A stretch of 64,000 nt of DNA, taken from assembly GCF_009914755.1 (NCBI RefSeq), contig NC_060927.1. One strand, written 5' to 3'. The notes under the pieces are model-generated. The model worked only from the letters and a program-made list of their open reading frames with translations, searched no databases and had not been told where the DNA came from. Shown piece by piece: positions 1 through 11,899 of this stretch (position 1 is its first letter; each line of letters begins with the position of its first letter). The stretch comes from the human T2T-CHM13v2.0 reference genome, Homo sapiens. The translations under genes were made by a program, and so were the position numbers.

Positions 1-243
1 CCTGAGCTTTGTCCCAGGAGTGACACTGATGGATGGCAAGAGCAGTGGTCTTTCTCTCCTCACCAGGTCAGTTCTGCTGTGGAGTTTTGGACATTGTTCC
101 TGGAAGCTGAGCTTGGATGTGGATTTCCATTCTCCGAATGATTCTGTGAAATGGACAATATTATTTTCGTAAACTTCTTTTCTGCTTTACAAACCAGAGG
201 CAACTTCTGTTGCTTACAATTAAGAATCTCAACTAACATAACA
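1..243 (+). mobile_element. Old MaLR LTR 3' part (MLT1J/K/L-like)
   Basis: End ttctgttgcttacaattaagaatctcaactaacata resembles an MLT1 terminus. Confidence 0.55.
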
Positions 244-741
244 CATGGCTTTCATTCATGCATATTGGACATGAAAAAATACTTTGATTTATCCTGTCTG
301 GATGAAGCCATGGATACATTTAACCAGACAAAAGAGGTCTAAGATGCCAACATTTCTTCTAGGGTAGGGAGATCTTTGAACTCCCAGAGATCCTGCTCAG
401 GCCTTTGAAGGAACCTGCAATAAGGTGACTGACATGGGTCAAGAGCCCTCAAAACCTTCTCTCTGAGATGGAGCAATATACTCAAAATATCTCATGTGCC
501 CCAAATCTGGAGAATGGATGAGCCAAGGAGATATTATTTTAGACATTTGAGCTGTTTCTCATTATCTTTCTTTAAATCATGCAGGCACTACTCAAATAAT
601 TATGCATTAATTATGTTTGATGTGGTTGCTTCTTCTATATAAGATTGAAAGGCCTATCTCTGTGTGTGAAGAAGGAGGAGGATGGAACAGATGCCCAGCA
701 TCTGATGAGATGCTTGGGGAAGAATGTGGTGAGCTGGATAC

Positions 742-1655
742 TTTTATTTTCTCAGTAAAAATTGTGAAATGTAGCACACATACAGAAAAGTATATAAAAT
801 GTATATGACTTTTAAAGGATTATAATGAAGTGAACACACATATTACCATTGTTGTAATGAGACCAAAGAATATTACCATCTACAAGCCGCATGTCTGACT
901 CTGGTGGTGTTTCCCCTTCCTCCCCTTTTAGAAGTAACCATTTTCCTAACTTTTGTGATAACTATTATTTTGCTTTCCTTTATAGTTTATCATCTACATA
1001 TGCATCCCTAAAAATATTGTTCAGTTTTTTCTGCTTTTAAACTTTACATAAATATACTATATGTATCCCTTTGTGTTTTTCCTTTTGCAAAACACTGTGG
1101 TAGTGAAATTTGTTCATATTGTTGCATGTGGTTGCACTTCATTCATTTTCACTGTTGTGAGGTATTTTATTGTGTGAATACCTTGTTATTTACTTATCCG
1201 TTCTACTGTTGATGAACGTATGGATGGTTTCTAATACTTAAAGTTTGCAAATAATGTTGCCGTGAACATTTCGAGTGCATCTCCTATGGTACACATACAT
1301 GTATTTTTGTACATATAAACCTCACAGTGGGGTTGTAGGATTATAGGATAGGGACATTTTAAATATTTCTGAGTAATACTATACTATTTTTCAAATGGTT
1401 GTATCAATTTACAGTTTTGGCAGAGAGAATTCCCACCTTCTCCCCCACACTTGTTGATGTTTGTCATCTTGTAGCTTTATAACAGTATCTAAGGGCGGTT
1501 TTTAGTTGCATTTTTCCTGATAATATATATTAGTGAGGCTTAGTATATATTTTTATTTATTAAGTTATTGGTAGCTAATTGGTTTCTTAGTAATTTGAGG
1601 TGTCTCTGAAGTACGTTTTAAAGTCTTTTATCAATTTCCCTGTTGGGTTTTTATT
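742..1655 (-). mobile_element. L1ME 3' end fragment
   Basis: Antisense L1ME 3' UTR/ORF2-end motifs. Confidence 0.75.
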
Positions 1656-1810
1656 GTCTTAGCCCAGGTTGCTCAGAGAGCAAAACTTGCAGCAAATGAA
1701 TGTGCACTAGTTCTTTGTCTTGGAGCATCCTTGGAGATGCTGGAGTATGAGGAGAGAAGAGTGAGGCCTGGGGAGGGTGAAGGCACATCTAACATGGGTG
1801 AGGGTGTTTT
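1656..1810 (-). mobile_element. ERVL LTR fragment (LTR33/LTR16-like)
   Basis: tgtcttagcccaggttgctcagagagcaaaac start and purine-rich body. Confidence 0.45.
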
Positions 1811-1899
1811 GCTACCACAGTTTACTTTTTCTGCTTAAACAATAGATATTTAGTTATAATAACTTAATAACCATCTATAATATTTCATTAGAAGTGTAC

Positions 1900-2915
1900 C
1901 ATATTTTTATTAAGATAACACAGTACGGTAAAGGTGTCAATTTCTACTAAATCCACTCAAATTTGACCTTATTTTCAAGAGAAACCAATGAGGATTTTTT
2001 TTTTAAATACAAAATATACTTGAGAAAAACAAAATATATAAAATATTGAAAAAAAAACAGTCATGAAGAAAGACTTGCCTACTATATAATAACATGTTAG
2101 CTGGCACAGTGTTAGACATATTGTCGAAGGCCCATTTAAAATCAATGAGGCAAAACATAAATTATTCTAAACCAAACCCGGGCAAATCAAAATAATAACT
2201 TAAAGCTATACTTCAGTCCTCATATCTCCCCATCCTGGACACCACCCCTCTCCAAATAACAAAGGGAGAAATGGGGTGGTGGGATGTAAGAACAGTCTAA
2301 TCACAAAAGCTAGGAACTGTACGAAATTGGTGGATCTGGCTAGAAAAAAACCTTAACCTCTATGTAGAAAAGCATAATATAAAATAAAGTTTAAAAATAA
2401 CCTAGGTAAAACATTTGTAATACATAAGCCTAGAAAAGACAAAGAAGCTTTTTAAATTAAAAAAAAGAAACACCAAATCAGAAAAAATAACTTCACAAAA
2501 AAGTACAATGGTAATAAACATTGAAATTATGCACAGTCCACACTAGAAATAAAATATTTTTTTCACTTTATATATTTAGAAAGATTTTAAAAGCTGACAA
2601 AACTCCGAGTAGGAGAGAATGTGGGGAAGCAGAAACTTTCACACAAGTTTAGTGGGTTCAAATGTTATAACTGTACTTCAAAGTAGTCATGTCTCTTGAA
2701 TCAGTAATTCCACTTTAGAAATGTAGCTTAAGGAAACAATCAAACATGATTAAAAAAATATAAGGACAAGGATGCCTGTCAAAATGTTGTTTATAATAGT
2801 GAAAAATAGAATATATCGCAACTACTTCTGCACCAACTTAATGAGAGATCGTTGATAGTTTACTCATATAATAGAATTCTATTCTGCCTTTAAAATTGAT
2901 GAGGAGTAGAATGAA
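1900..2915 (+). mobile_element. Highly degraded L1ME ORF2 3' region
   Basis: A-rich sequence with L1 motifs such as cagtaattccactttagaaat. Confidence 0.6.
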
Positions 2916-3017
2916 ATGAAAACTCAAACTTATGGTCAGCCAGAAATAAATAGTTTCAAATGAGTAAACAGTCTTGCATTAAAAAAAAAAAAAAAAAAAA
3001 GAGCTAGGTCAATTTAC

Positions 3018-3080
3018 CTCTAACTAGTATCCATAAGATGCAATGAAAAGTAAACTTGTAGTTCTTTGCAAAGTTTGGGT
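3018..3080 (-). pseudogene. Candidate gene A exon (PNFAKNYKFTFHCILWILVR)
   Basis: Acceptor ttctgcttctaag, donor GAG|gtaaat; open in phase 1 to 1. Confidence 0.45.
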
Positions 3081-3383
3081 CTTAGAAGCAGAATACGGTT
3101 GGCACACATTTGAAAGAAAATTATTTCTATTAGGACAGCACAGGGACCAGGCCAGGTGTTCTAGGACCTCAAGTCTTATTAGCATGCCCTGGGCATTCAA
3201 GGAGGTTGGTCTTTGAACCTGATCTGGGCTCCAAAATTGATGGAATGCACGGTGGTACAAATAGTAAAGAATGGGTGAGATCCTAAGCCGAATCATGAAG
3301 GAAACAATGAAAGAGAGGCTTTAGCATCAGCTGTGTTTTTCTATGCAAAATTTACATTTGAGGACATCTCAGAAGTCACAGAC

Positions 3384-3584
3384 CTTTTGGTCCTTCCATG
3401 AATCCAGGCACTAATCAGCTAAGTAAGCATGTGATATGATATTTTGGGGTCTTTGCTGCTTTCGACCATCAGTATCCCTGCAAATTCTCGTTCTTAGGTT
3501 GGGAGAAGGTGACATTCTTGGCAGTATTTGTGGGATAAGTTGGGATTTTAGGGATCCTGGAAGGATTTCTACCTGTTTTTATAC
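3384..3584 (-). pseudogene. Candidate gene A exon (IKTGRNPSRIPKIPTYPTNTAKNVTFSQPKNENLQGY*WSKAAKTPKYHITCLLS*LVPGFMEGPK)
   Basis: Acceptor ttccctatctttgcag, donor AAG|gtctgt; two TGA; phase link to the upstream exon unresolved. Confidence 0.4.
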
Positions 3585-3616
3585 CTGCAAAGATAGGGAA
3601 ACTTTATGGAACACAA

Positions 3617-3834
3617 GAGGATTTGTCAGCCTTGACACTATTGACTTTTGAATGGATACTTATTTTGTGTTGTTGGAGACTTTCTTGTGCATTGTGGAAT
3701 GTTTACCAGAATCCCCATCTTCTACCCACTAGATGCCAGTAGTACATTTGCCCCTAGTTGTGTAAACCAAAAATGTCTTCAAATATTATCAAATGTTTCC
3801 TGAAGGAAGATGGCCTCTGGATGAGAACCACTGG
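3617..3834 (-). mobile_element. MER20 (hAT-Charlie)
   Basis: ctacccactagatgccagtagt...gagaaccactg matches MER20 reverse. Confidence 0.85.
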
Positions 3835-4393
3835 AACAGGGACTAGATGATATCTTGTTAAGTGGGATGGTATCTTTAAGTGAAAAAACAGTTAGAATGT
3901 GCACCAAGATCCTATTTTTATTAGAGAAAAATAAATATTCATATACAGAAATACATTAAAGTGTTTATGAGTGCCATTTTATTCTATGTGTTTTTGTCTT
4001 TCTTAATACTTTGACAATAGACATGTAATTGTTATATTGAAAGAAAAACATGTATTTAAAATCTTAATAATATTTGCACATATGCATACAAATCCTGAAA
4101 GGATATATGACAAAATGGTAATGACAGTTGTTTGTTAGCATTAGACTTTTTGTTTTTCTTGTTCTTATTTGTATTTTATAAATTTCTTGCAGTTTACACA
4201 TACTAATTTTGTAATCAGAAACAAAGTAAATTACTTCAAATGTAAATCCTAAATTTCAACTAACCACTAGGTCTCTGCAGATAATTAAGCCTATTAAAAT
4301 GCATACTTCTAACTTCAGTTGCTTAATTCTTTGTAATTCTTAGACAATGGTTTAATGACTACTCCCAGTGGAAAACCCAAAAGTATGTCTCAC

Positions 4394-4618
4394 AAATTTT
4401 CTCCAGTCACCTCATCACATCTCCATCTCAACTGAAGAATCATTTCTTATGTGATGTGAAACTGATGCCATTCATTGTGATCATCTTCAATTTTTGTCTT
4501 CTCCCCTCAAAATCTCTCTGCATATTGTCTTTTCTTTTTCTCAACATCTGCGTTTTGTAGAGAATGGTCTATGTATTTTTTTGAAATGTACAAATAAGTC
4601 TTTCCTCTTTTGCTTTTC
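4394..4618 (-). pseudogene. Gene A exon (KSKRGKTYLYISKKYIDHSLQNADVEKKKRQYAERF*GEKTKIEDDHNEWHQFHIT*EMILQLRWRCDEVTGEN)
   Basis: Acceptor taatttttgtag, phase 2 start (TG+G = Trp); two stops; donor TTT|gtgaga tentative. Confidence 0.65.
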
Positions 4619-5285
4619 CTACAAAAATTAACAAGCAAGTCCAGAAAGGAAATAAAGAGGAGGGTTTTTCTCACTCTAAGATGGTGGTTCACAACTAAGG
4701 TCAGGGACCCAGGATTGACTTGGAGAGTTTTCCCTATAAGGTATACTTCCTCTTCTTTCATATTTCGTTACAGTGAGAATCTAAGGATGGAAAGTAGGCA
4801 TGGTATGTGAAGCTTGAAAAAAATTTACCCCACTCCATGTGATTTTGATATCAGCCTCTGGTTCAAGCAGTTTTGCATCTCCCTCCAACCCCAAAACATA
4901 CCATGTGATTTCTTCCACAGTCCTCCACCCCTATCACTGCAGGGGTGATCACATGTTTCAAATATGCTGATCAGATTTCCTCTCCCTGGAATTTAAATCA
5001 CTGGTGAAGACACATAGGTCAGAAAATAGTTAGGGCTGAATTATCTGGTGCAGGAGATCCCTGGGGCTGCCATGGCTCTTGAAGGGTAACCACTGTGCAT
5101 ACATAACTATTCATGCCTTCCCAATACTGTCCATCCCCAAGAGAACCCTTTCAAGTTCTAGTTTATCATATTTAGGCTATGAGAAAAATCTCAGCTTAAG
5201 CTTAGGCTAAATTTCACAGCAATGGAGAGTAGACTGTAGTTGTTTCTGCAGGTTTAGTAAGTTATTGAAAAAGTCTTATTCCTAC

Positions 5286-5329
5286 CAGGTGAGAACATGA
5301 TTGGCTACAGCTTCAAATGGAACTTTAAC
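5286..5329 (-). pseudogene. Gene A exon (VKVPFEAVANHVLT)
   Basis: Strong acceptor tctctctttttcag, donor CTG|gtagga; phase 0 to 2. Confidence 0.7.
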
Positions 5330-5384
5330 CTGAAAAAGAGAGATAACTCATATTTTATCAAAAGCTGAAAACATATCAGTGATG

Positions 5385-5460
5385 AAATGAGACAGGGGCT
5401 CCCCAGGATATGGAGCTGTAAGTACTAAAACTGGAAAAGTCCTAGGCAGACTGTGTTGAG
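5385..5460. mobile_element. MER81/MER94-like hAT-Blackjack fragment
   Basis: agtactaaaactggaaaagtcctaggcagac resembles the consensus. Confidence 0.5.
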
Positions 5461-6214
5461 AGGTCAGGCGGGCATCTATTTTAACAAACAGAGTGTATTT
5501 AATATAAAATTGCTAAGATCTGTAAATTGCTACAATAAATTAGGGAAGAGCTTTTTCCACATCTTTTTTCCCCAGCATCTACAAGTCTTAGTTTTATGGA
5601 AAAGGAGTTTTAGAAATTACCTTATTAAAACATTTCTACTACAGTAGAAATAGAACTATAGGCTAGCTCTTTTAATGACACATTTCCAAATTGTATTTTT
5701 ATTGCCTTTGAGTATAATACACGTTTAGGAAAAGCTTAGTAAGCTTACTTGTTAATCATTTACAACAACTGTTATCGTTGTTAACCCATCATTAATTTTC
5801 ACAATAGCTGTTGTTTTATGACTCAAGTAATTAACTAAATGATGTTTCACAAGCATTTTAAACAACTATTACATTAAGGGCCTTAATGTGTGTAAAAAGA
5901 ATCTAAATTAACAGGTTTATTGGCACTAGGAAAATTTTTGCCTTGTCCTTGGGTGTCAGGAGCTTAAGAAATTTAGTCATATCAGACATTTGGCTGCTTT
6001 GATACTTAAACTCTCAGTCTTCCAAATTGTGCTACCAAGTTATTTGCTTTTCAGAAACTGACTTCCATTCTTAATGGAAAAGTTTATTTCTAGTCCTGTA
6101 TTTTTCTAAAGCAGAGCATATAAGCTTTTCTTCAATATTCTGTCAATTTTGAGGCTTATTTCAACACCATCTTCCCTCAAAACAAAATCTCACAAATTGC
6201 CTTTCAAGCTTCTT

Positions 6215-6996
6215 CACCCAATCACTGCTATTCATCCCATAGGGCTTAGTTGACATGACACCTCCTCAGAGAAGCCTTCAGTGATTTCCCTATTATACCT
6301 GCCTATAGCATCATGACAAGTTTTGTAGCAATAGAGACATAATTGTTTAATGTCAGTTTTGCTTTTAGAATAGAAGATTCATGAAAGGATCATGTCTGTT
6401 TTCCCCCTAGTCACTAGTGCATTGCTTAGCCAATAGAAGGTGCTTGGGGAAGCCAGCCTCCAAGATGACCCCACTTATTTCCACCTCTGGTGTTCACATT
6501 CTAGTTAGTCCCCTCCTACATGTAGCAGAATTGATCTGTTTTGTAACCAGTGTAATGCTGTGGAGGTGATAGTACATTACTTCTGAGATTAGACAATAGA
6601 GTACTGCAATTTCCATCTTGGGTGTGCTCTCTCTTCTTGGGGAAGCTAGCTGCCATGTGGTGAGAAACACTGTAAAGAGGCTCATGAGGAAAGGAACTGA
6701 AGCCTTTGGTCAACAGCAGAAAGGAACTAAGCCCTGTCTACAACTGTGTGAGTGAGCTGAGAGGTGGACTTTCCAGCCCAAGTTGAACTTTGAGATGACT
6801 GCAGACCAACACAAGGCAACAGTTTTTCTGCAACCTCTGGGGAGGGGCATTTCACCTAGCTAAGATGCTCTTGCCTCCTGATCCTCAGAACTGTGTGATA
6901 ATAGATGTTTGTTGTTTTATGCTGCTACATTTTGGGGTTATTTATTATGCAGCAATGAATACCTAATAAAGGGCTGATTAAATATGTGATGACTAA
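6215..6996 (+). mobile_element. L2 3' end, interrupted by MLT1F
   Basis: acctcctcagagaagccttc motif; tail resumes after the LTR. Confidence 0.65.
6445..6970 (+). mobile_element. MLT1F solo LTR
   Basis: cagcctccaagatgacccc start, MLT1 end, 5-bp TSD gtgct/gggct. Confidence 0.85.
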
Positions 6997-7294
6997 ATGA
7001 CTAAAAGGTCTAGGAGGTAGTGTGATTCATTTAGAACAATTCATTACAAATAATGTATTTCTACTTCTGTGACCTTTATCTTGCTTGTGTCAGAACAAAG
7101 ATTGACACAGATCTGGAGCACGAAAAAGAACATGTCATTCTTTCAATATCTTAAACTTCTCTTTAAGATGATATTGTTGTGTCATATATAGGTTGATAAT
7201 CAGATTTGCAGGAGAAATCAGTTTCCTTTCACCTTTATTCACTAGTATTTTCTATATTGGAGACATTGTGGTCAATGTCGGGGGTGACTGCTTA

Positions 7295-7723
7295 GTGAAT
7301 GCTGTAGGATTCCCTAGGAAGTAAAATTGAGATACATATTAGCATGCAAGAAATGTATTGGTGAACTCTCTCTTGAGATCGACACCTTTGGGAGGAAAAG
7401 GGAAGTGAGGAAAGGGAAGGAATCAGGATTGGGTAGAGGGAAAGCTGGGCTGTAATATAGTCTCAACAAGGACAAAGCTGGACCTGGAGCTGGGATGGCT
7501 CATTGTAGTTGTTCAGAGATGGGGTAAGGGAAACTGTCCATTATACCCCCATGCTGATTAGAAGTTAGATTGCTGGCTGCCCCAGGAAGGAGTTATGTCC
7601 TTGGACAAGGCGGGTCTCTTTCACAAAGGCAATTCAGGAAAGGGACTGACAGCTGAGAATGGTTATCTGTCTGTCCTCCCAGCAAAAGGGGAATCTTGGC
7701 AGTACATCTTAGAACCCACCACA
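7295..7723 (-). mobile_element. LTR16-family ERVL LTR
   Basis: gcaagaaatgtattgg...ggattgggtagaggg...cccaccaca. Confidence 0.7.
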
Positions 7724-8107
7724 TGATCAATAATATATACATGTATATTTTTATAAAGATAGCTTTATTTTTCTTGGAATAATTTCTTAACTCTTTGATG
7801 TATTCAAGATGATAGGTACACTGAATTTTTATTCTTGCATCATTTTGCTTATAATATTTTGTCATTATGCCAAGTTAGTCAGAAGCAAATGCATTTTAAA
7901 ATAATTATTTTCTAAAGGATTACAGTTTCTAAATACAGTCCTTTAGAAAATAATTATATATAATACAATTATATATGATATATCCTTTAGAAAATACATT
8001 ATTTGTAATGAATTGTTCTAAATGAATCATATTACCTCCTAGACCTTGTATTACACAGTCTATACTTTAAAAATAATATAGATAATTTGTAAAAGAGCAT
8101 GGCTCAC

Positions 8108-8155
8108 TGCCTCTAACTGAAGTTTTAATGATAGGATAGCATGACCTCCGCTTTC
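8108..8155 (-). pseudogene. Gene A exon (ESGGHAILSLKLQLEA)
   Basis: Acceptor cactgtag, donor GCA|gtgagc; 48 nt, phase 0 to 0, open. Confidence 0.65.
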
Positions 8156-8889
8156 CTACAGTGTATTTGATAACAGTTGCAAATGTATACTTGATAAACG
8201 TGTTTCAAATCAATATTTTATTTAATATACTCCAATAATTCATTGAAGCCCAAAGATCTTTGCATAGTTGTTGGAAGCTATAAAAAATTGAGTGGTGTCG
8301 AAGTTTTTGCTTTATTTTTCATTTATTAAGTTTAATAAATGTGCAGAAAAGAAATAAAGAGTTATCTATAGGTTTTTTTTAAAGCATTTTTGTTATAAGC
8401 TGTTATGTTTTCCATATACATTTGTGGTTTTGTTGTATCCCTGGACCCACACATTTTTTTTGGTCTAGATTTTGCTTTGGAAATTATCTTCGTTTCTGTG
8501 TGTGTGTCTGTGTAGTCATGTCAATGAAAAAAATTCTCCAAAATGTTCTCAAAAAGAAATATTTATATTTTAGAGAAACCATAAATCTATTAATAATTGC
8601 TATCTGGTTTACACTGTTTATATCATAAGTTGAGAATGATTTAGAAATATTTATAATTCCTTAACCTTATTCTAAAAGATTTCAGTCACTGCTATAATTA
8701 TATGTATTTTGTTATATATTTTACATTCTCAATTACTGTAATATTTTGGTTTCATTGTTGGTATTCTGAATTGATATTCTGACTTAAAATAATCAGAAGT
8801 TTTTACAGTTTCTGCTAACTGAAGAAAATTAACATTGTCATGCTTCTGTAATATTACAGATGATCCTTTACTAGAAATTGAGTGTGAAA

Positions 8890-9358
8890 AAACAGGCAAT
8901 TCATCTTAAAATTTATATGGCATTTCTAGAGATGCTAGATAGCCATAACAATCTTGAAAAAGAACAAATTTGGATGTCTCATAAAAACATATAGTACTGG
9001 TATAAAGAACAACATAGACCAATGCAATAGAGTAAAAAGCCCAGAAATAAAACCCCACATATATGGTCAAATGATTTTTGACAAGTGTGCCAAGACCATT
9101 CAATGCAGGAAAGAACAGTCTTTCCAACAAATGGTGCTGAGAAAACTAAATACCTTCATGCAAAAGAATGAAGTGGGAATCTTAACTTTCACAATATAAA
9201 AAATTAATTCAAAATGGATCAAAGACCTAAATATAAGAGCTACAACTATTACAATCTTAGAAAAAAACTTAGAGGAAAAGCTTCATGCTATTAAATTTGG
9301 CAATGATTTCTTAAATATGACACAAAAGCATAGGCAACAAAGGGAAAAATAGATAACT
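8890..9358 (+). mobile_element. L1M ORF2 fragment
   Basis: Translation SPEIKPHIYGQMIFDKCAKTIQ is L1 ORF2. Confidence 0.9.
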
Positions 9359-9462
9359 TTTAAAAAGAAATTCCCTCAAAGTTCACCATATGGAATTCCT
9401 AGAAGTAGATTTATTTTTACCATTTGGAAGAATTTGTGTTTAATATTTCAAAACCTTATTAC

Positions 9463-9619
9463 CTATTTCATCTTTTGGAAAATAGAAGTTTCATGCTTGG
9501 AGTGGATAACATTCAATGAGACCAGCTGTTGTTTAATATTTGGATTACTCTGCCATGTAGCTCTGTCACCAGAAAAAACATTGATTTTAATGGAGACTTT
9601 TTTTTCCTCATCCAGTTTT
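9463..9619 (-). pseudogene. Gene A exon (KLDEEKKVSIKINVFSGDRATWQSNPNIKQQLVSLNVIHSKHETSIFQKMK*)
   Basis: 51 open codons then TAG|gtaata; ctaat branch-like site and ttttaaag acceptor; phase 2 to 0. Confidence 0.75.
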
Positions 9620-10364
9620 CTTTAAAATTAGTATATTATGATTGAGATGATGTTAGAAAATAAGTTCATACTTTGCTCCATTAATAATGTAACTGTGAGT
9701 TACTAGCTCTGAAAGCAGAAATTATTAGAAATTTTGTAACAGAAGTTATTAGTTCTAAAATCCTTTTCTTATATTCTAGCTATTTTCCCTCAAATTTAAT
9801 AATATAAGTCTATTTTTAATTTTCACCTTAATACCTTGTCATTTTCTGTTTTTTGATCCTGACTTTCTATACAAAATTTTCAATTTTGCAACAGAAAAAA
9901 TATTTTGTCTGGAATTTGTAACATTTAGCTTGCTCAATTTTAACAGTGATTATTTTTTATACTAATGAAATTTCCATTTAAAACACAATGACTAGAATAT
10001 TAGTGTGATTATGTTTATATAATATGTATTTATATATCTTTAAAGGTAAATGAATTTGGTTATTACACAATATTTAAAGACATAATTAAAGTAGTTGTAG
10101 AGTTTAGAATATATAAGTAGCAATCCCAAATATCAAACTTAGCCAACACACTGAGCGCAACATTGAAGAACAGCAGCTACATTTTAGTGGCACAGGTTAC
10201 TTGAGGAGTTGTTAGATCAACAAGCTGTTTTAATTGTTAAAATTGTTTCTACTTTTAAGTTTTCATGAGCAATACATTTCAACCATGTTAGAGTAAAGCA
10301 CTTTATTTCCATCAGCCAGAAAACTCACATTATATACTTATTTGGCTAGAAGAAAAGAGCTTAC

Positions 10365-10381
10365 TCCCATCTGTCAGTCAG
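10365..10381 (-). pseudogene. Gene A 17-nt micro-exon (LTDRW)
   Basis: Acceptor tttttaaag, donor GGA|gtaagc; supplies the phase 0 to 2 link between its neighbours. Confidence 0.6.
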
Positions 10382-10603
10382 CTTTAAAAATTATGATACA
10401 AAATTGATCGATTACAACCAAAACTTTTCAAAATAAGAAAAATTATAATGATATAAATGGCACTCTGTTAGAGGTGGCACCTGTGCAGTACACAGCTTGA
10501 AAAGTCAAAGGTAGCACCCTTGCAAAGAAGTCGAAGGAATAAATAATGCACATGTGTTCTTGAAAAGATATCCAGGAAGAGATATTTTGTATATAAATCT
10601 TAC

Positions 10604-10684
10604 ATTTAGAGTACAAAATTGGAAATCCTTTCCTCTTTTTTGAGATAGATTAAAGATACTTTGGTTGAGGTTCATGAAGTCTGG
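10604..10684 (-). pseudogene. Gene A exon (FMNLNQSIFNLSQKRGKDFQFCTLN)
   Basis: Two possible acceptors (exon start 10684 or 10680), donor AAT|gtaaga; open; ends phase 0. Confidence 0.65.
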
Positions 10685-10904
10685 CTTGATATTAAACAGT
10701 TAAAATATTAATACATTTTTTCCTTTTGAGTAAAATAATTTATGTTTAAGGCTTTTCAATAGCAGTCAGATATGTAGTAGATGTTGAATAAAATAATATT
10801 TGCTGAATGAATAAATGAATCAGTGCTTTTTGAATATTTAAACGTGTAGTTATAACTAGATGAAAATTTTGTCTTCATTTGAAATTAAATCACAAATCAT
10901 ACTA

Positions 10905-10975
10905 CACTATATATATATACATGTATATATGTATATATGTATATACGTGTATATACCATATATGCCTATATATGA
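10905..10975. repeat. (TA)n/(TATG)n microsatellite
   Basis: Directly visible. Confidence 0.85.
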
Positions 10976-11748
10976 TTAAATAGTTTTATATGCTAAGGAA
11001 ATAAGGGACTATTCATATATATTTTCAAAACCTCCCATTTCCTTCAAGCAATATGTAACTTTTACAACAAATAAATATTGTAAAATTTTAATACACTGCT
11101 TTAAATAAGGCTGGCAGTCAGGGAGTATTTCTGCATTGACTGAATGTTTTGATAGATAAGTTTCACAATTATGTTATTAAATGTTTTATATGTTAAACAT
11201 TTATCTTAAAAATGTAATATATTCTGTGTATAGTATATACTTACATGCATATATTTATATATATTTTAAATATTAATGTTAAAATTAATATTATTATGAA
11301 TATTAAAAAACCATTCAGCTTAAGAAATAACTCAAAATTCTTATAAAGCTTTGATTTACTTTACAAAAGTTGTGCACAAATACCACTACATGTACGAGAA
11401 ATCAGCGTGTTAACCTTAAAGAAAAAGATCTTTGAAGGGAAATAGTAAAACGGTAAATTAAAAAGATATATTTTCAGCTTTGTAAGGTAAAACAATCACT
11501 TTAATAGCAAATAATTCTATGAATCCTTTTTTTCTTATAATCGTAAAACTTTCACAAACAGCAATCTGATAGTCAACAGATATTTATATCACAAGTACTG
11601 GGCACACTGGAGATGATCCACAAAAATTTCTTAAATATTATTATATATTTATTAAATGTGATCTAAATGGAACATACCATAGTACATCATGTATTTCTTC
11701 TCTTCACAATAACCACTCTTAGAATTTTGAAAGAAAGCTGTAATTTAC

Positions 11749-11798
11749 TCCTTTCCACATCCCCTGGCCTTCTCTGCCAATGGCTGCCTCTAGAATTT
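11749..11798 (-). pseudogene. Gene A exon, 50 nt (NSRGSHWQRRPGDVER or ILEAAIGREGQGMWKG)
   Basis: Acceptor atcttttag, donor GGA|gtaaat; GC-richer patch in AT-rich DNA. Confidence 0.55.
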
Positions 11799-11899
11799 CT
11801 AAAAGATTTTGGAATTTTAAAATTCCAGGCAATACATTTACCCCATTTTTGTATCCATTCCTTGATGATTGCCTTCAACTTCTTACCACCAGAAACGAC

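Noticed and set aside
2945-3000. AATAAA 30 nt before an A20 tract, suggesting a retrocopy tail
   Set aside because: No TSD or recognisable parent; a simple homopolymer explains it
7939-7996. 14-bp direct repeat tcctttagaaaata
   Set aside because: The enclosed 30 bp is AT low-complexity; most likely a slippage duplication
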